Source: Octopus sinensis (Eukaryota). From it: a DNA stretch of 64,000 nucleotides. The position numbers and the translations under genes were made by a program. The notes under the pieces were generated by a model. That model saw only the letters and a program-made list of their open reading frames with translations. It was not told the DNA's origin and made no database searches. Where the stretch lies: contig NC_043015.1 of assembly GCF_006345805.1 (NCBI RefSeq), forward strand, positions 36,394,001 through 36,458,000, in the 5' to 3' direction. The stretch's first letter is position 1, and every line of letters starts with the position of its first letter. Of the stretch, positions 1 through 12,558 are shown one piece after another.

Positions 1-1214
1 TAGAAAACCTATCAGAAGAGAAGACTGTAGATATGAAACTGTTATATTCACTCTGTGAAATTTCATTAAGGCAACAAGATAACGCAATTTTTACTCGTTC
101 GTTTATTTGGAATTTATCGTGGAAAAAATATATCGAGTTTGTTTTCTTTCCAATACTTCCGATGCACTTTTTTATTTACACAACTTTAACATAGTTTACT
201 TTTAAATTTTATTTTGAATAATATTTAATAAAATATCAATTTATTTTTATAACTTCTGCTGAATATACTTTGGTGGTCCAATTCCTCGGTTACTCTTACA
301 TTAAAAAATTAATATTCAAACCGGCCATAACCAGCAAAAATATTTCTGTTTTATGTTCAAACTGGCTAGATCTAACTTCTCATACCTACCATAACGAAAT
401 AACCGCATCATCAAAATCTCAGAGTTATGAGATAATGCCTGATTAATTCGAAACTATGTGAATTAATAAACATTGTATTCGACAAAGTGATCTGAAGTTT
501 AAAAGCTGAAGGCAGCCAATCAACAGAGTCCTTAGAATATTGGTAAGTTAGCTTTGCACTATCGAGTTCAAACCGTTTCGTGATCGAATTTACATGTCTT
601 TATTTCTTGGTCAATAAAGTACCAGTGCTGCTTTGAAATCGATATCTTCTTTTCCAATCACTCTTTTTCCCTGTCTAGAATAAATGGCATGTATTCAACG
701 CTGAGCTGTATGAGATATTTTGTTTTAAATGCCCAAGTTACACCGTATGCCAATTTCCACTTCTGGACAGTGCTGAGGACACAAAACATAGCAAAGGAGT
801 GGAATTCAATAGAAACGCATCATATAAAGACAACTTTCCGCGCAATTGGCAAAAGTGTGTATCTATGGTGCCGCTTCATTTACTAGAGGTAGCTATCGAA
901 CATCGCAAAACTATCATCTTAAAATATTATATTCGATAATTGGCAGAGTGTTGGTGGTGTCTGTCAGTTCAAGGTAAATATTTGTCTATGCACATATGGG
1001 CGGGTTTGGGAAAGATTTTTCAGAAAGTATATCAGTTGCTTCTGTACACAATTGTCTCCTTTTCACGCCAGTTATTTTCTCGAACTGAAAGTCCTCTCAC
1101 TCGCCCAACCAGGAATATAGCACAGCACCAGCGTCGTCAAAAGCGTTGTCGTAAGAACAAAAACGCCCGGAAGAGACACCGCCATGCTTTTTGTCGACCC
1201 ACTCACGGTTTCAC

Positions 1215-1345
1215 CAACGTCTTGTACTGACGATCTGTTCTCGACGCAAAAGGATGACAACTAAAGTTGACCTCGGCGGAATTTGAACCCAAACAACAGA
1301 GAATGGAAACAAACAGTGCTATGTTTTCTACTGTAAGTTCTCTTT
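1215..1345 (-). mobile_element. Degenerate tRNA-derived SINE fragment (same family as 6871-7280)
   Basis: Reverse complement reads GGGTTCAAATTCCGCCGAGGTCAACTTT...CATCCTTTT, matching the B-box region of the copy at 6940-6985. Confidence 0.55.
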
Positions 1346-2052
1346 TATTTGCCGCCTTCATTACTATAGCACTAAGCTTATAAGCCTCCGAATTTGAATT
1401 TTTTCCTCTTTTTTTTTGCTGAACGATTACTTCTATAAATGTTCCATATAAGCACCACGCATTCTCCAGCTCATATCTCACAGACAGTCATAAAAGACAG
1501 GATTCGAATCCAAATTCATGACCTTGCCAAGAATTTCTAGGTTACACTTTGCTGACTTTATTTAACTCGTATCCTATGTCCTATTTTAATCTGACAAGAG
1601 AAGCTAATACTCAAAGTACAAAGTCTGCGTCAGTTTCAGGAAAGACCGACTTATCTTATAAAAACGTGATCACCATATTTGATATATTTTTGAAAATGCA
1701 AAAAATTATAAGCACCAATATCTAAAAGATATTCTGTGCTATGAATTTATGATGTAAAATTATCGCTTTTGCATTCTGTTTATTTTTATAACCGCTATGA
1801 CATTTAATAAAGCTCGATACGAAAATTCAAATTTGAAACATTTGATGGAAGAATCGTAAATATCAAATAAAAATGCAAATATACCCTGCTGCTCAGTAAT
1901 AAATATTTAATAATCTATTCGTTTTCTTTTTCCAAGTGGTAAATTCGTTTGTGTTAGGCATAATACTTTGTGGTAGTTAGGTACAGCCCTTTAAGTTTTG
2001 AATCCAAATCTAAATAGGGTGATGATCGAAATGCTTTCAAATAATAATAAGA

Positions 2053-2120
<68 letters not shown>
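2053..2120. repeat. (TTA)n microsatellite, 3' flank/target of the Dong element
   Basis: Pure TTA array abutting the element's 3' end. Confidence 0.97.
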
Positions 2121-2267
2121 CATTGTCATTTACTTTTAATCTGCATGTTTGATGCAATCACTTGCCGGGGCACACCCAGCGCCCTAGGGCAAGTGAAGGT
2201 TAAGAGTTGATGAAAGCTTGGGGATGGGAAGTAGAGATATATCTCCATGTAATGCAAACACAAACAT

Positions 2268-4139
2268 TTACATTGATAGGGTTTTTCTAAGGATGTGGGC
2301 AGTACTTGTTAGCACAATCTTTTGGATTTCCTTGAGACATGGTTTTCCAGGGATATTGTCTAGGTGTTTCTGACATCCCTTTTTTATCATACCTAGGGCA
2401 CCCACAATAACAGGAACAGTTTTTGTTTTAAGATTCCACATCCTCTGTATTTCGATTTCCAGGTCCTTATATTTACTAAGTTTGTCAAATTCCTTTACAG
2501 ATACATTTTTATCAGTGGGGACGCTTACTTCTATTAGTCTGCAGGTATTTTCTTCCCTGTCTTTAACAATTATGTCTGGTCGATTAGCCTTGATCGTTCT
2601 GTCAGTGTTGACTGGAAAATCCCAGAGGATGGTGACATTTTTACCTTCAACAACTGGCTGAGGATGGTGTTCATACCAGTTAGCAGGAGTGCCGAATTTG
2701 TAGTGTTTACATATCTTCAAATGTATATACTGTCCTACCCTATCGTGGCGATTTTTGTATTCGTTTGGTGTCAGCACAGGACATCCCGAAACGAGATGGT
2801 CTATTGTTTCGTCAAATATGTCACAGAATCTGCATTTAGGGTCAGTACCGTTTCGGAGAACGTTAGCCTGGTAATTTCTGGTAAACAAGCTTTGATCTTG
2901 TGCTGCCATTATGAAGCCTTCAGTCTCTGCTTTCAATCCAGAACTCTTCAGCCACTGATGGGTTGTTGCTTGGTCTACATCAGCATTTTGGCTTCGGAGA
3001 ATATATTGTCCATGCAGGGGATTCTGGCTCCACCGCCTCTCAATTTGATTCTGCCCGTTCTTTTTTGCAGTCTGCTTGATTCGCTTTGCTTGCTTGGTAG
3101 CAGTGGTTTCCGGCTCTTCATCTGATTCAAGGTTAATGTCTAGTTCCCTTTCGAACTTATAAGCTTCCTTGACAATAGAATGCAGCTTTTTGCTGCTTTC
3201 GTGTTCGCACACAAGTCGCAGCATCCAGTCCTTTGTACTAGATAGGTACCTGTTCATTCCTACAGTAGAGGTCTTATAGCACAGCTCTAATTGCATCATT
3301 CCTCTTCCCCCGCTGCTTCTAGGTAGGTACAAGCGGTCTACATCTGCCTTAGGGTGGTGCATGCTCCTGGATGTCAGTAACTTTCTTGTCTTCCTGTCCA
3401 GGCGTTGGAGTAACGTAAGGTTCCAGTTAATGATGTTAAAACTGTACTGGACTACTGGAAGTGCCAGGGTGTTAATGGCCTCAATGCAATTTTTGGAGTT
3501 GAGTTCAGTCTTCAGTACAAGCCTTATTCTCCTATAGTATTCCTTTCTCATTTTTTCCTTCATAGTAGCATGATGTATACCATCTCCTTCGTTGATTCCT
3601 AGGTATTTGTAACTTTCTTGTGGGTCAAGTTCCTTGATGGTAGTGTCAATATCTAATTTAACAGAAGCTGTTTGCCTGAGCTTGCCTCTTACAAAAGTTG
3701 CTTTAGCACACTTATCAAGGCCAAAATCCATTCCGATATCATTGCTAAACTCTTTAACAGTTGTTAGCAGCCCTTCTAGCTCTTGGTCATTCCTGACAAA
3801 CTGCTTTAGGTCGTCCATATAGAAAAGGTGGTTTATTAACTTACTAAAGACTTTGTAACCATTTCTGGTACTATCCAATTCGTTTGAGAGTGGGATCAGT
3901 GCCATGCAAAAAAGTAATGGAGTGAGGGAGTCACCTTGAAAGATGCCTCGTTTGGTGTTGATGCTGTTGGACTGGCTCATCCCATTACTATGGCTTAGAA
4001 AGAGACGTGTGTTCCACATGGTCATGCTATTCTCTAAGTATTTTGAGACGACAGGAGAGATCTTGTATATCTCAAGGGCCTTGAGTATCCATTTATGTGG
4101 GACACTGTCATACGCTTTCCTGTAGTCTATCCATGCCAT
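2268..4139 (-). CDS. Retrotransposon ORF (N-truncated): reverse transcriptase, CCHC zinc finger and restriction-like endonuclease
   Basis: 623 aa with no stops. RT motifs MAWIDYRKAYDSVPH, GIFQGDSLTP, LFYMDDLK, FGLDKC, YKYLG. Zinc finger CRFC..ETIDHLVSGC. RLE motifs RHDRV and RPDII..IEVSVP..KLSKYKDL. The reading frame continues upstream of the ATG to about 4214. Confidence 0.9.
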   Translation of the reverse strand: MAWIDYRKAYDSVPHKWILKALEIYKISPVVSKYLENSMTMWNTRLFLSHSNGMSQSNSINTKRGIFQGDSLTPLLFCMALIPLSNELDSTRNGYKVFSKLINHLFYMDDLKQFVRNDQELEGLLTTVKEFSNDIGMDFGLDKCAKATFVRGKLRQTASVKLDIDTTIKELDPQESYKYLGINEGDGIHHATMKEKMRKEYYRRIRLVLKTELNSKNCIEAINTLALPVVQYSFNIINWNLTLLQRLDRKTRKLLTSRSMHHPKADVDRLYLPRSSGGRGMMQLELCYKTSTVGMNRYLSSTKDWMLRLVCEHESSKKLHSIVKEAYKFERELDINLESDEEPETTATKQAKRIKQTAKKNGQNQIERRWSQNPLHGQYILRSQNADVDQATTHQWLKSSGLKAETEGFIMAAQDQSLFTRNYQANVLRNGTDPKCRFCDIFDETIDHLVSGCPVLTPNEYKNRHDRVGQYIHLKICKHYKFGTPANWYEHHPQPVVEGKNVTILWDFPVNTDRTIKANRPDIIVKDREENTCRLIEVSVPTDKNVSVKEFDKLSKYKDLEIEIQRMWNLKTKTVPVIVGALGMIKKGCQKHLDNIPGKPCLKEIQKIVLTSTAHILRKTLSM

Positions 4140-4157
4140 ACTCAGGTTTTTGTTTTT

Positions 4158-4214
4158 GCTCCGGCAATTCTCTACAATGCTCCGGCAATTCTCTACAATG
4201 CTCCGGCAATTCTC
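4158..4214. repeat. 21-bp tandem repeat (2.7 copies) at the 5' junction of the Dong element
   Basis: GCTCCGGCAATTCTCTACAAT at 4158 and 4179, partial copy at 4200. Confidence 0.95.
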
Positions 4215-4251
<37 letters not shown>

Positions 4252-4257
4252 TACTAC

Positions 4258-4352
<95 letters not shown>

Positions 4353-4383
4353 TATTATTATTATTATTATTATATTATTATTA

Positions 4384-4454
<71 letters not shown>

Positions 4455-4460
4455 TACTAC

Positions 4461-4506
<46 letters not shown>
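4215..4506. repeat. Long (TTA)n microsatellite with a few CTA variants
   Basis: Directly visible. Confidence 0.97.
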
Positions 4507-4509
<3 letters not shown>

Positions 4510-4567
4510 TGAAAACATTTCGATCATTTGGATTTGAATTCAGAACTTAAATGGCAGTAACTAACTA

Positions 4568-6158
4568 CCACAAGGTATTTCAAGTTCGTTACAAGTACCT
4601 TCCTCACGCGCTGATAATTCTATGAAAGCAAGAAGTTTAAATAGAGAACCGGGTGAGAGGCGATGCTAAAGCAAACCATATTTACTAGAAGATTCCACTA
4701 CAGTTGAGCTACCAAACTAAAATGTTGCAGAGAGTTAAGATGAAATGAAACCGAAAACAAACATAAAAAGTAAAGTGAAATGATGTGGTTTTGAATTATA
4801 ACAATTATGAAAACTGAATTAAATTATACACATATCAACATATAAAATATGAAAAGAGATATAGATCTACAGATAATCCAAAGGCTATACAAATATATAC
4901 AAGTACATAAGCTCTCTATGATACATAAATTATTCAAGTACATAAAAATACAAATAATAATATATAAATTATATAAAACCATAAGTGGAAAAGCTCTATG
5001 GTGTCTGTTATAAAGGTCTATAATTATGATATATAAAAAAATTACAAAAGGAATATAAAAGAGTGGAAAAATATAATGTAAATATAAATATGAAATATAA
5101 ATCGACACAATGACAGAAGGAACTATATTTATATTCCCAGGTGTTACAAAGAATGATAGAAAGAAATGACAAATCTTTCGAGAATTAGTGAAATCTTCCA
5201 AGTTCTTACGATATATTTGAACATACCACTAACCTCGTGTGCAATATCGCGTCTGCTATCTCGGATCTAAATAAAACCTGTATCTTTCAGCCAAGCAAAG
5301 CATACATCTATTAAATGCATTCATGTGTGGTTTAGACCTTTCCGTTATCCTCCATTTGATCACATTTGTTATGTTTTTCCCTTTCATGGCGCAAATGTGT
5401 CTCGCCAACTTTCTGGTTTTGCTTTTCTCCCTGTGGTTAGCGTAGCGTGTTTTTGGCTGAAAGGGCGCAGATTTTATTTACATCCCAGATTCCGAACTCG
5501 ATGTGGAACTCGAGGTCAGAGATTTTTAGTGAATGTAAACACATATTTAAATATATCATAAAAATTTGGAACATTACGCCGATTCCCGATTGATTGGTCA
5601 CTTTTTCAAACTTACTTTATAACGCCTAAGAATATAGATATATTTCCTTCTTTCATTGTGTCGATTTATACCTCATGGATATACATACATTATATTTTTT
5701 CCATCCTTTCATATTTTGTCTGTAATTTTATCTTTATACATTATAATTATAGATTTTTATAAGACACCATTGAGATTTCCACTTATAATTTTATGCAATT
5801 ATCTATATTTTATATTTTTACGTACTTGTTTAATTTGCGTTTTGCAATATTGCTGAAGTAGGTGTATATATTTGTATAGCCTTTCGATTATCTGTAGATC
5901 CATGTGTATTTTCATATTTTATATATATTGACACGTTTATAATTTAATTCAATTTTCATAATTCTTATCATTTTACTTTATTCTTTATGTTTATTAATTG
6001 TTGATTTCATTTCCTCTGAACGCTCTTCATCGGTTCAGTTTGGTAGCTTACATTTAGTGGAATCTTCCATTAGAAATCGCCTTTCGTCCGCTCTTCTATT
6101 TAAACTTTTCGGATTCATAGAATAATCAGCCCCTGATAATCGTACTTAATACTTGTGG
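4568..6158. repeat. Old diverged long inverted repeat (arms ~4568-5225 and ~5540-6158, ~315-bp spacer)
   Basis: Collinear reverse-complement anchors, e.g. GAAGATTCCACTA (4688) vs TAGTGGAATCTTC (6055); ATAAATCGACACAATGA vs TCATTGTGTCGATTTAT; GATCTACAGATAATC..AAGGCTATACAAATATATAC vs its complement near 5865-5900. Confidence 0.8.
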
Positions 6159-6870
6159 AGTGAAACGCATATATTAATATTGGACTCTCATTAGAAGCAG
6201 TACTCTTTTTGTCGACATTGTTTACCGAGATCAATTTACTATATATATATATATATATATATACCATATGTAATTTCTTTAAAAATGCAAGACATTACAG
6301 CGATGCAACCATTCCAATAAATATATATGAAAAACCTAAGTTCACTGTAGAAAAGAAAGCATAAGAACCTGTCACGACTAAAAAGATTACTTGTAGCAGA
6401 CGTAATCTCTATCGATTAGGTGTAAATCAAATAGATAGCCTATTACTTTCATTATGTATAAATAATATTGTATCGCAATCTAACGGTTAAAAGCAAGCGC
6501 TAAATTATTTGAGTGAGATGTCAATTACGATGCGGGATGTAACAGAAATAACATCTGAGGAGAAATAGCAGAGAAATGAATGAAGGAAAGAAAATTTATA
6601 TTTAAAGCAGTAAACTATTCATATTAACACATTTTTACAGAAAGAAAAGGAAGAAAACATTGGAAAGATGAAATTATCGAGAAAATTCTCATAACCACCT
6701 CACCAAGGAGACCAATCTAAAAATTGGGAGTGGAAATGGAGCAGCAGAAGATGATGGGGCAGGAAGAAAATGTAAACTACAGAACAAACGGTGTGTGTAG
6801 CTGCGTCTCGAAGACATGATTACAAATGTGTTGCAGTGGAGAAGGTTCGGCGATATTCGCTGCACAAAAG

Positions 6871-7280
6871 AAGGTGAGCTGGCAGAAACGTCAGCACGCC
6901 GGACAAAATGCGTGGAGATATTTCGTCTGTCTTTACGTTCTGAGTTCAAATTCCGCTGGGGTCGACTTTGCCTTTCATCCTTTCGGGGTCGATTAAATAA
7001 GTACCAGTTACGCACTGGGGTCGATGTAATCGACTTAATCCGTTTGTCTGTCCTTATTTGTCCTCTCTGTGTTTAGCCCCTTGTAGGTAGTAAAGAAATA
7101 GGTATTTCGTCTGTCTTTACGTTCTGAGTTGAAATTCCGCCGAGGTCGACTTTGCCTTTCATCCTTTCGGGGTCGATTAAATATGTACCGGTTACGAACT
7201 GAGGTCGATGTAATTAAATTAATCCGTTTGTCTGTCCTTGTTTGTCCTCTCTATGTTTAGCCCCCTGAGGACAATAAAAA
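6871..7280 (+). mobile_element. tRNA-derived SINE with a tandemly duplicated body (~183-bp unit)
   Basis: A-box-like TGGCAGAAACGTCAG and B-box GAGTTCAAATTCC. The segment ATTTCGTCTGTCTTTACGTTCTGAG...TTTAGCCCC occurs twice (6920 and 7104). Confidence 0.8.
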
Positions 7281-7871
7281 GTAATAGATATTCGCTGCCC
7301 AAATACTCCATCCGGCGCAGCGCATTTCTCAGGAGGGCAGCAGTTACTGAAAAATTGAATTATAATTAACATTGTTTGATAATTCAATAATGTAGATCCA
7401 GATATAGAAATAACGTATAAACCAGAGAAAATGAATAACAGTAAATGGCAAAGTATTATAAATGGTTTGAAGATGCAGGCCTAGAATTGGATGTAAATGA
7501 ATAAAGATAAAAGAGGGACAATTCATTACCAGCGCCATTCGTTTCAAATGTTATACAGACGAGCAGCAATTACGGTCATTAACTGTTTCTGCAAAAAGTA
7601 TCAGCAAGCTTATTAAAGTGGTCATGCAATTCCTATTCTTCTGTCGATCATTAAATGATATTATTCTTTGTACTTTACTCTAAACAGCCTATAAAATAGC
7701 ATCTCTCTCTCCCTCTCTCTCTGTAACTAGGGAATGTGCATTACGTCGTCTGTCTCGTTTCTCTAATTGTTTTTTCGTTCGAAAAAAACAGTTCGTTTTC
7801 CATGTTTTTGTTTTTTATGTTCTCGTTTCTCATTTTGATCACGTTTTTCGCCGTCCTATACCCATATATGC

Positions 7872-7918
<47 letters not shown>

Positions 7919-7955
7919 CGTATGTAGGTATGTACATATATTTATGTATATATGC

Positions 7956-8002
<47 letters not shown>

Positions 8003-8171
8003 CACCATAGCATCATGATTTTGAAATATCTATTAAATCGTCAAAAGCTTGCTTATTTTTATGTTTTTTAAATTTATTATTAGTGTTCCTTACATGTTTT
8101 GCTAAGATTGCTGTTTCGTTCCAGATTTCATCAGAAAAAGGTAATTAAACTTCATTAAAATTAATGATGAA

Positions 8172-8379
8172 TCAGACTTACAAAGAGGTCAAATTGTTGG
8201 TGTTCGTATGTCGGTCGCTAGCGTAACGAAAACAGCCGAAATGTGAGGTCTTACACAGCTAAAATTTTAATGAACGGCACGAGGAACATTCTAGTGAAGT
8301 TGAACATCGTATCTGGCCACCACAGTCTCCAGATCTCAATATTATTGTACACTTATGGTGCATTTTAGAAAAACAAGTG
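8172..8379 (+). pseudogene. Internally deleted Tc1-family transposase relic
   Basis: Manual translation gives SDLQRGQIVGVRMSVASVTKTAEM (N-terminal HTH) joined out of frame to HEEHSSEVEHRIWPPQSPDLNIIVHLWCILEKQV (Tc1 WP.QSPDLN motif). Confidence 0.8.
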
Positions 8380-8806
8380 GGCCGTATTGACACCTGGGTG
8401 CGGTGGTAGGTTCCAGTAGGCTGTTCAAGAAAAGTGGGACGATAATTGGGTAGCGATTCATGTAAAAATATATGTGTGTGTGTGTATGTGTGTGTGTATG
8501 TATGTGTATGTGTGTGCGTGTGTGTGCACGTACGACAGTTTTCTTTCCGTTTCCGTCTACAACATCGACCCAGAAAGCTTTAATGCCAGTTTGTCTCGGT
8601 TCTACGTAGCTTAACATTTGATCTCCAAATACCTGACGTGCTAAGTTCGATCTCTGAGTCCACGAGACTTGAAGATGCATGGAGTCAAAACGTTATTAAA
8701 TGTTATGTGTAACTCTTACCAAAAGTGTTTAAGTGCGACTTTTCTTTTGTCCACACAGACACAGATACATACATACTTACACACAAACACATATACACGC
8801 ATATAT

Positions 8807-8840
<34 letters not shown>

Positions 8841-9367
8841 GTATGTATGCATATATTTTATTTATTACACTATATATATATATATATTTATATATGCATA
8901 TACATATATATATGTGTATATATATATATATACATATAATATATAATATCATATATATATAAATATATATATACATATATAGGTATGTATATATTAATAT
9001 ATATATACCTACATATATATATGTATATATATATACATATAATATATATCATGTATATATATATATAGGTATGTATGCATTAATATATACATACCTACAT
9101 AAACGTACATATGTATGTAGGTATATCGATTGCTATTTCTTTATTCGTTTTTATGAATGGTTATCTCTCGGCACGTTGTATTGTAAATCAAACTGGTTGC
9201 AGACAGCATAATCTTTTGATTGTCTCATCAATTTACACAAGAACGAATTCAAGAGAGGAATTATAGTTGATAGGAAGTGACCATCATTAATCAACTTATA
9301 ATTCGATGTCTGGGTCGCTGATGGACACAGAAAAAGTAGAAGACACGAGGATCATTCTTGATAATCT

Positions 9368-9614
9368 TTCTTCTTCTTCTTCTTCTTCTTCTTCTTCTTC
9401 TTCTTCTTCTTCTTCTTCTTCTTCTTCTTCTTCTTCTTCTTCTTCTTCTTCTTCTTCTTCTTCTTCTTCTTCTTCTTCTTCTTCTTCTTCTTCTTCTTCT
9501 TCTTCTCCTTCTTCTACTACTTTCTTCTTCTTCTCTTCCTCTTATTCTTCTTCCTCTTCTCCCCTTCCTCCTCCTCCTCCTTCTTCTTTTATATAATCAT
9601 AATCATCATCATCG

Positions 9615-9645
<31 letters not shown>

Positions 9646-9765
9646 TATGATCATCATCATCATCATCATCATCAACTTGTTGTTGTCGTTGCTGTTGTTG
9701 TTCTTCTTCAAATTCTTCTTCTTCTTCTTCTTCTTCTTCTTCTTCTTCTTCTTCTTCTTCCTCTC
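9368..9765. repeat. Compound trinucleotide microsatellite (CTT)n/(CCT)n/(TCA)n/(CTT)n
   Basis: Directly visible; explains the poly-S/L/F/H ORFs. Confidence 0.95.
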
Positions 9766-10267
9766 CCTCTTCTGTTTTTACACCATCCCCTACTCCCTTC
9801 ACCCTCCTCCTGCTCTCTTCGACGATTCTAAGACATAGCTGAACACAGCAGCTGACACTGCTACTGCTACCACTACCGTTTTCTACTACGGTCACCTCCT
9901 CCCCCTCCCAACACCAGTAGCCCCGTCGCCGCCACCTCCACAGCTGTTATCGCTGCTGTCTCCGCTGTTTATGATAACGATGACAATGATGAGGAAGGTG
10001 ACAAATATAATAGTCACAAGAAGAGGAATAGCGACTATTACAATAACCTATTAATGATGAAAATGATAATAGCGATTGTTTGGATTGTTACTGTATTGTA
10101 ATATATCTTATGTAATGATGGTGAGATGATGAAGAGGAAGGACAACGACGGCGGTGTGAAAGGTGGAGATGGCGCTGACCGAAATGAAACACCGCGCCAG
10201 AAATGATGAAATAGCCGGTATTACGTGAGATGTGGATGATATTTATGCTTAACAACAACGACGACAA

Positions 10268-10418
<151 letters not shown>

Positions 10419-10616
10419 AGGGCCTAGCCTTTGGATTACAGACACTATGTAAAGTGCGGGTAAAATATATCCCAATAGTTATAGGTCCGTTAGGAACTAT
10501 CGCTAAAACATTCAACAGATGGATAGAGTAAGTAATTATAAAACCCAGATTAGTACAGCTCCATCTTCGCATCTAAGATACTTGTTTAACCTCTTTTGTG
10601 TATATCAATAATAATA

Positions 10617-10676
<60 letters not shown>

Positions 10677-10740
10677 GTAGTAATAATAATAATGATAATA
10701 ATAATAATAATTATTATTATAATAATAACAATGGCAATAA

Positions 10741-11288
10741 TACACTAGGGGCTATACCAACAGTATGGAATAACAACAGAAAAAAGATGGTATAAACACA
10801 CTCTAGAAAAGGTCACAGAAAATGAGAAAGCCACAATGCTATAGGATATGCCAATACACACAGGTAGAGAAATTAAGGCCAGACGGTCAGAAATAGTTGT
10901 CAGAGATCAAGACGAAAATTGCTTTCTAACTGATGTATCAATACCAGCAGATGACAGCGTTTCTCTAAAAGAAAAGGAGAAACTTTCAAAATACAAAGAC
11001 CTGGAAATAGAGGTAACTTGAATGTGGAGTCTAAAAACAGAAACAATTCCAATCATAGTAGGTATGATAAAAAATATTCAGACAAATACATAACAAATCT
11101 CCAGGACTAACAAATATATGTATAACGTAGAGAAAATTGCACTACTGAGCACTGCACACATCCTACGCAAGAAGCTTTCAATACAGTAACCATAAGAACA
11201 CCACAGCAAATAACAGCACCTACCCAAGGCACTCAGAGCTGCGCTCGGTAGTGAAGTGAAAGCACGTTATAAAAATAAGACTACTGAA
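10741..11288 (+). mobile_element. Decayed 3' fragment of an R4/Dong element between two (TAA)n arrays
   Basis: Translates as YGITTEKRWYKH..ATML*DMPIHTGREIKARRSEIVV..DVSIPADDSVSLKEKEKLSKYKDLEIEVT*MWSLKT..KIALLSTAHILRKKLSIQ*, collinear with the RLE tail of the 2268-4139 ORF. (TAA)n at 10604-10740 and 11288-11397. Confidence 0.85.
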
Positions 11289-11338
11289 TAATAATAACAA
11301 CAATAATAATAATAATAATGATAGAAATAATAATAATA

Positions 11339-11398
<60 letters not shown>

Positions 11399-11444
11399 GC
11401 TATCAGCAGAGAATTTTATTGCAGCTTTACCGTTCAAACTGACA

Positions 11445-11530
11445 GAAAGATGGATGTAAATAGGCCAGACATTATATTGAAGGATTTGAGGCAAAAATCA
11501 CGTCTCCTCGTTGATTTCCTTGTCCCAAGC
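11445..11530 (+). mobile_element. Small R4-type endonuclease fragment
   Basis: DVNRPDIILKDLRQKSRLLVDFLVPS matches the RPDII..D..VP motif; lies shortly after a (TAA)n array. Confidence 0.6.
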
Positions 11531-12558
11531 AACGACCCAATGCAATACAACTATTTGGAAGTGTTATGTACATTGTTTTGTCTTGGTATAAAAGATGTGC
11601 TACAGCAAATATTCTGCTCAATAACACAGATTTGCTTGTCAGTTGATTGAACTTGGCCAGGTGAGCATGTCTTTTGGAGGCTGATAATATATGCATCTGT
11701 GATCACAGCAGAAGTAGTGGGGGTCATCACAGCCATGTTTTGAGAGGAATTCTTTGTGGTTTAAATAATTCACATGTGGAAACGTGTGTTTCGTTCATCA
11801 TCTCGAAACAACCCTTATTCAGGGACCATTTGAGAAGGGTGGACTACTCACCCTGGAGGTTCGAACCCTAATGGGTTTTAATTTATCACCAGGAAATACG
11901 AAAGGTGAGATTAAACCCGGCGAGCTAAAAGAAAGTAATGCAGCCCTAACCATTCCACCAATTCGACGCCATATTCCAACCGACTGCATATTATACATGG
12001 TTCCACTCTCTGATTAATAAAAATAGAATTCTCCACTAATTATATGATATATTTTTTAAATTCCAGCATAAAATTGCCAACTAAAATAACTGGCTGTTTC
12101 GTTCTGCCCAATCATTCTATACAAGAACATTGAAGTAATGTCCAAAGTCCACCAAAATATATCATTTGTAAGTTCTAAGGAAGAGTCTGTGGTTATTGGT
12201 TACTTTTCCACAAATAATTACTGCTTCGTTGACTTTAAACTCCATTAAGAAGGCGGTTTATCATTCAGTTTGTCATGTCCACTGATATAAACTATTTTAA
12301 TGAGGCAAGCACTGCAATATGTCGAAATTCTCCGCGCTGTTGCTCTGAACAACCATAATGACCAGATGTTGCTTGTATTCTGTCCTTTATCCATAAATAA
12401 ACCGAAGCTACACAACATGTCAAACTGGATTTTGGATTAATGTTGCATACGGAAACCATGCCAGTGCAAATTCTTCTTCTCCTTCTTTCTCTAATTATCT
12501 TAACGTTTAATTGTAATTCTGGTAAATATCATGATTATCTTCGTGCCTGGTTCCTGCT

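Larger units (their letters stand above)
2121..4214 (-). mobile_element. 5'-truncated R4/Dong-clade non-LTR retrotransposon inserted in (TAA)n
   Basis: RT-CCHC-RLE ORF plus a ~145-bp 3' UTR, flanked on both sides by (TAA)n on the sense strand. Confidence 0.92.

Noticed and set aside
300-515. Possible degenerate piggyBac-like MITE
   Set aside because: Resembles a repeat I recall, but no TIRs or TTAA TSDs are visible in this copy.
2664-4125. Plus-strand ORFs 2664-3125, 3634-3822 and 3943-4125
   Set aside because: Antisense shadows of the retrotransposon ORF.
4158-4214. 21-bp repeats as a CRISPR array
   Set aside because: There are no spacers, the repeat is RT-coding sequence, and the context is eukaryotic.
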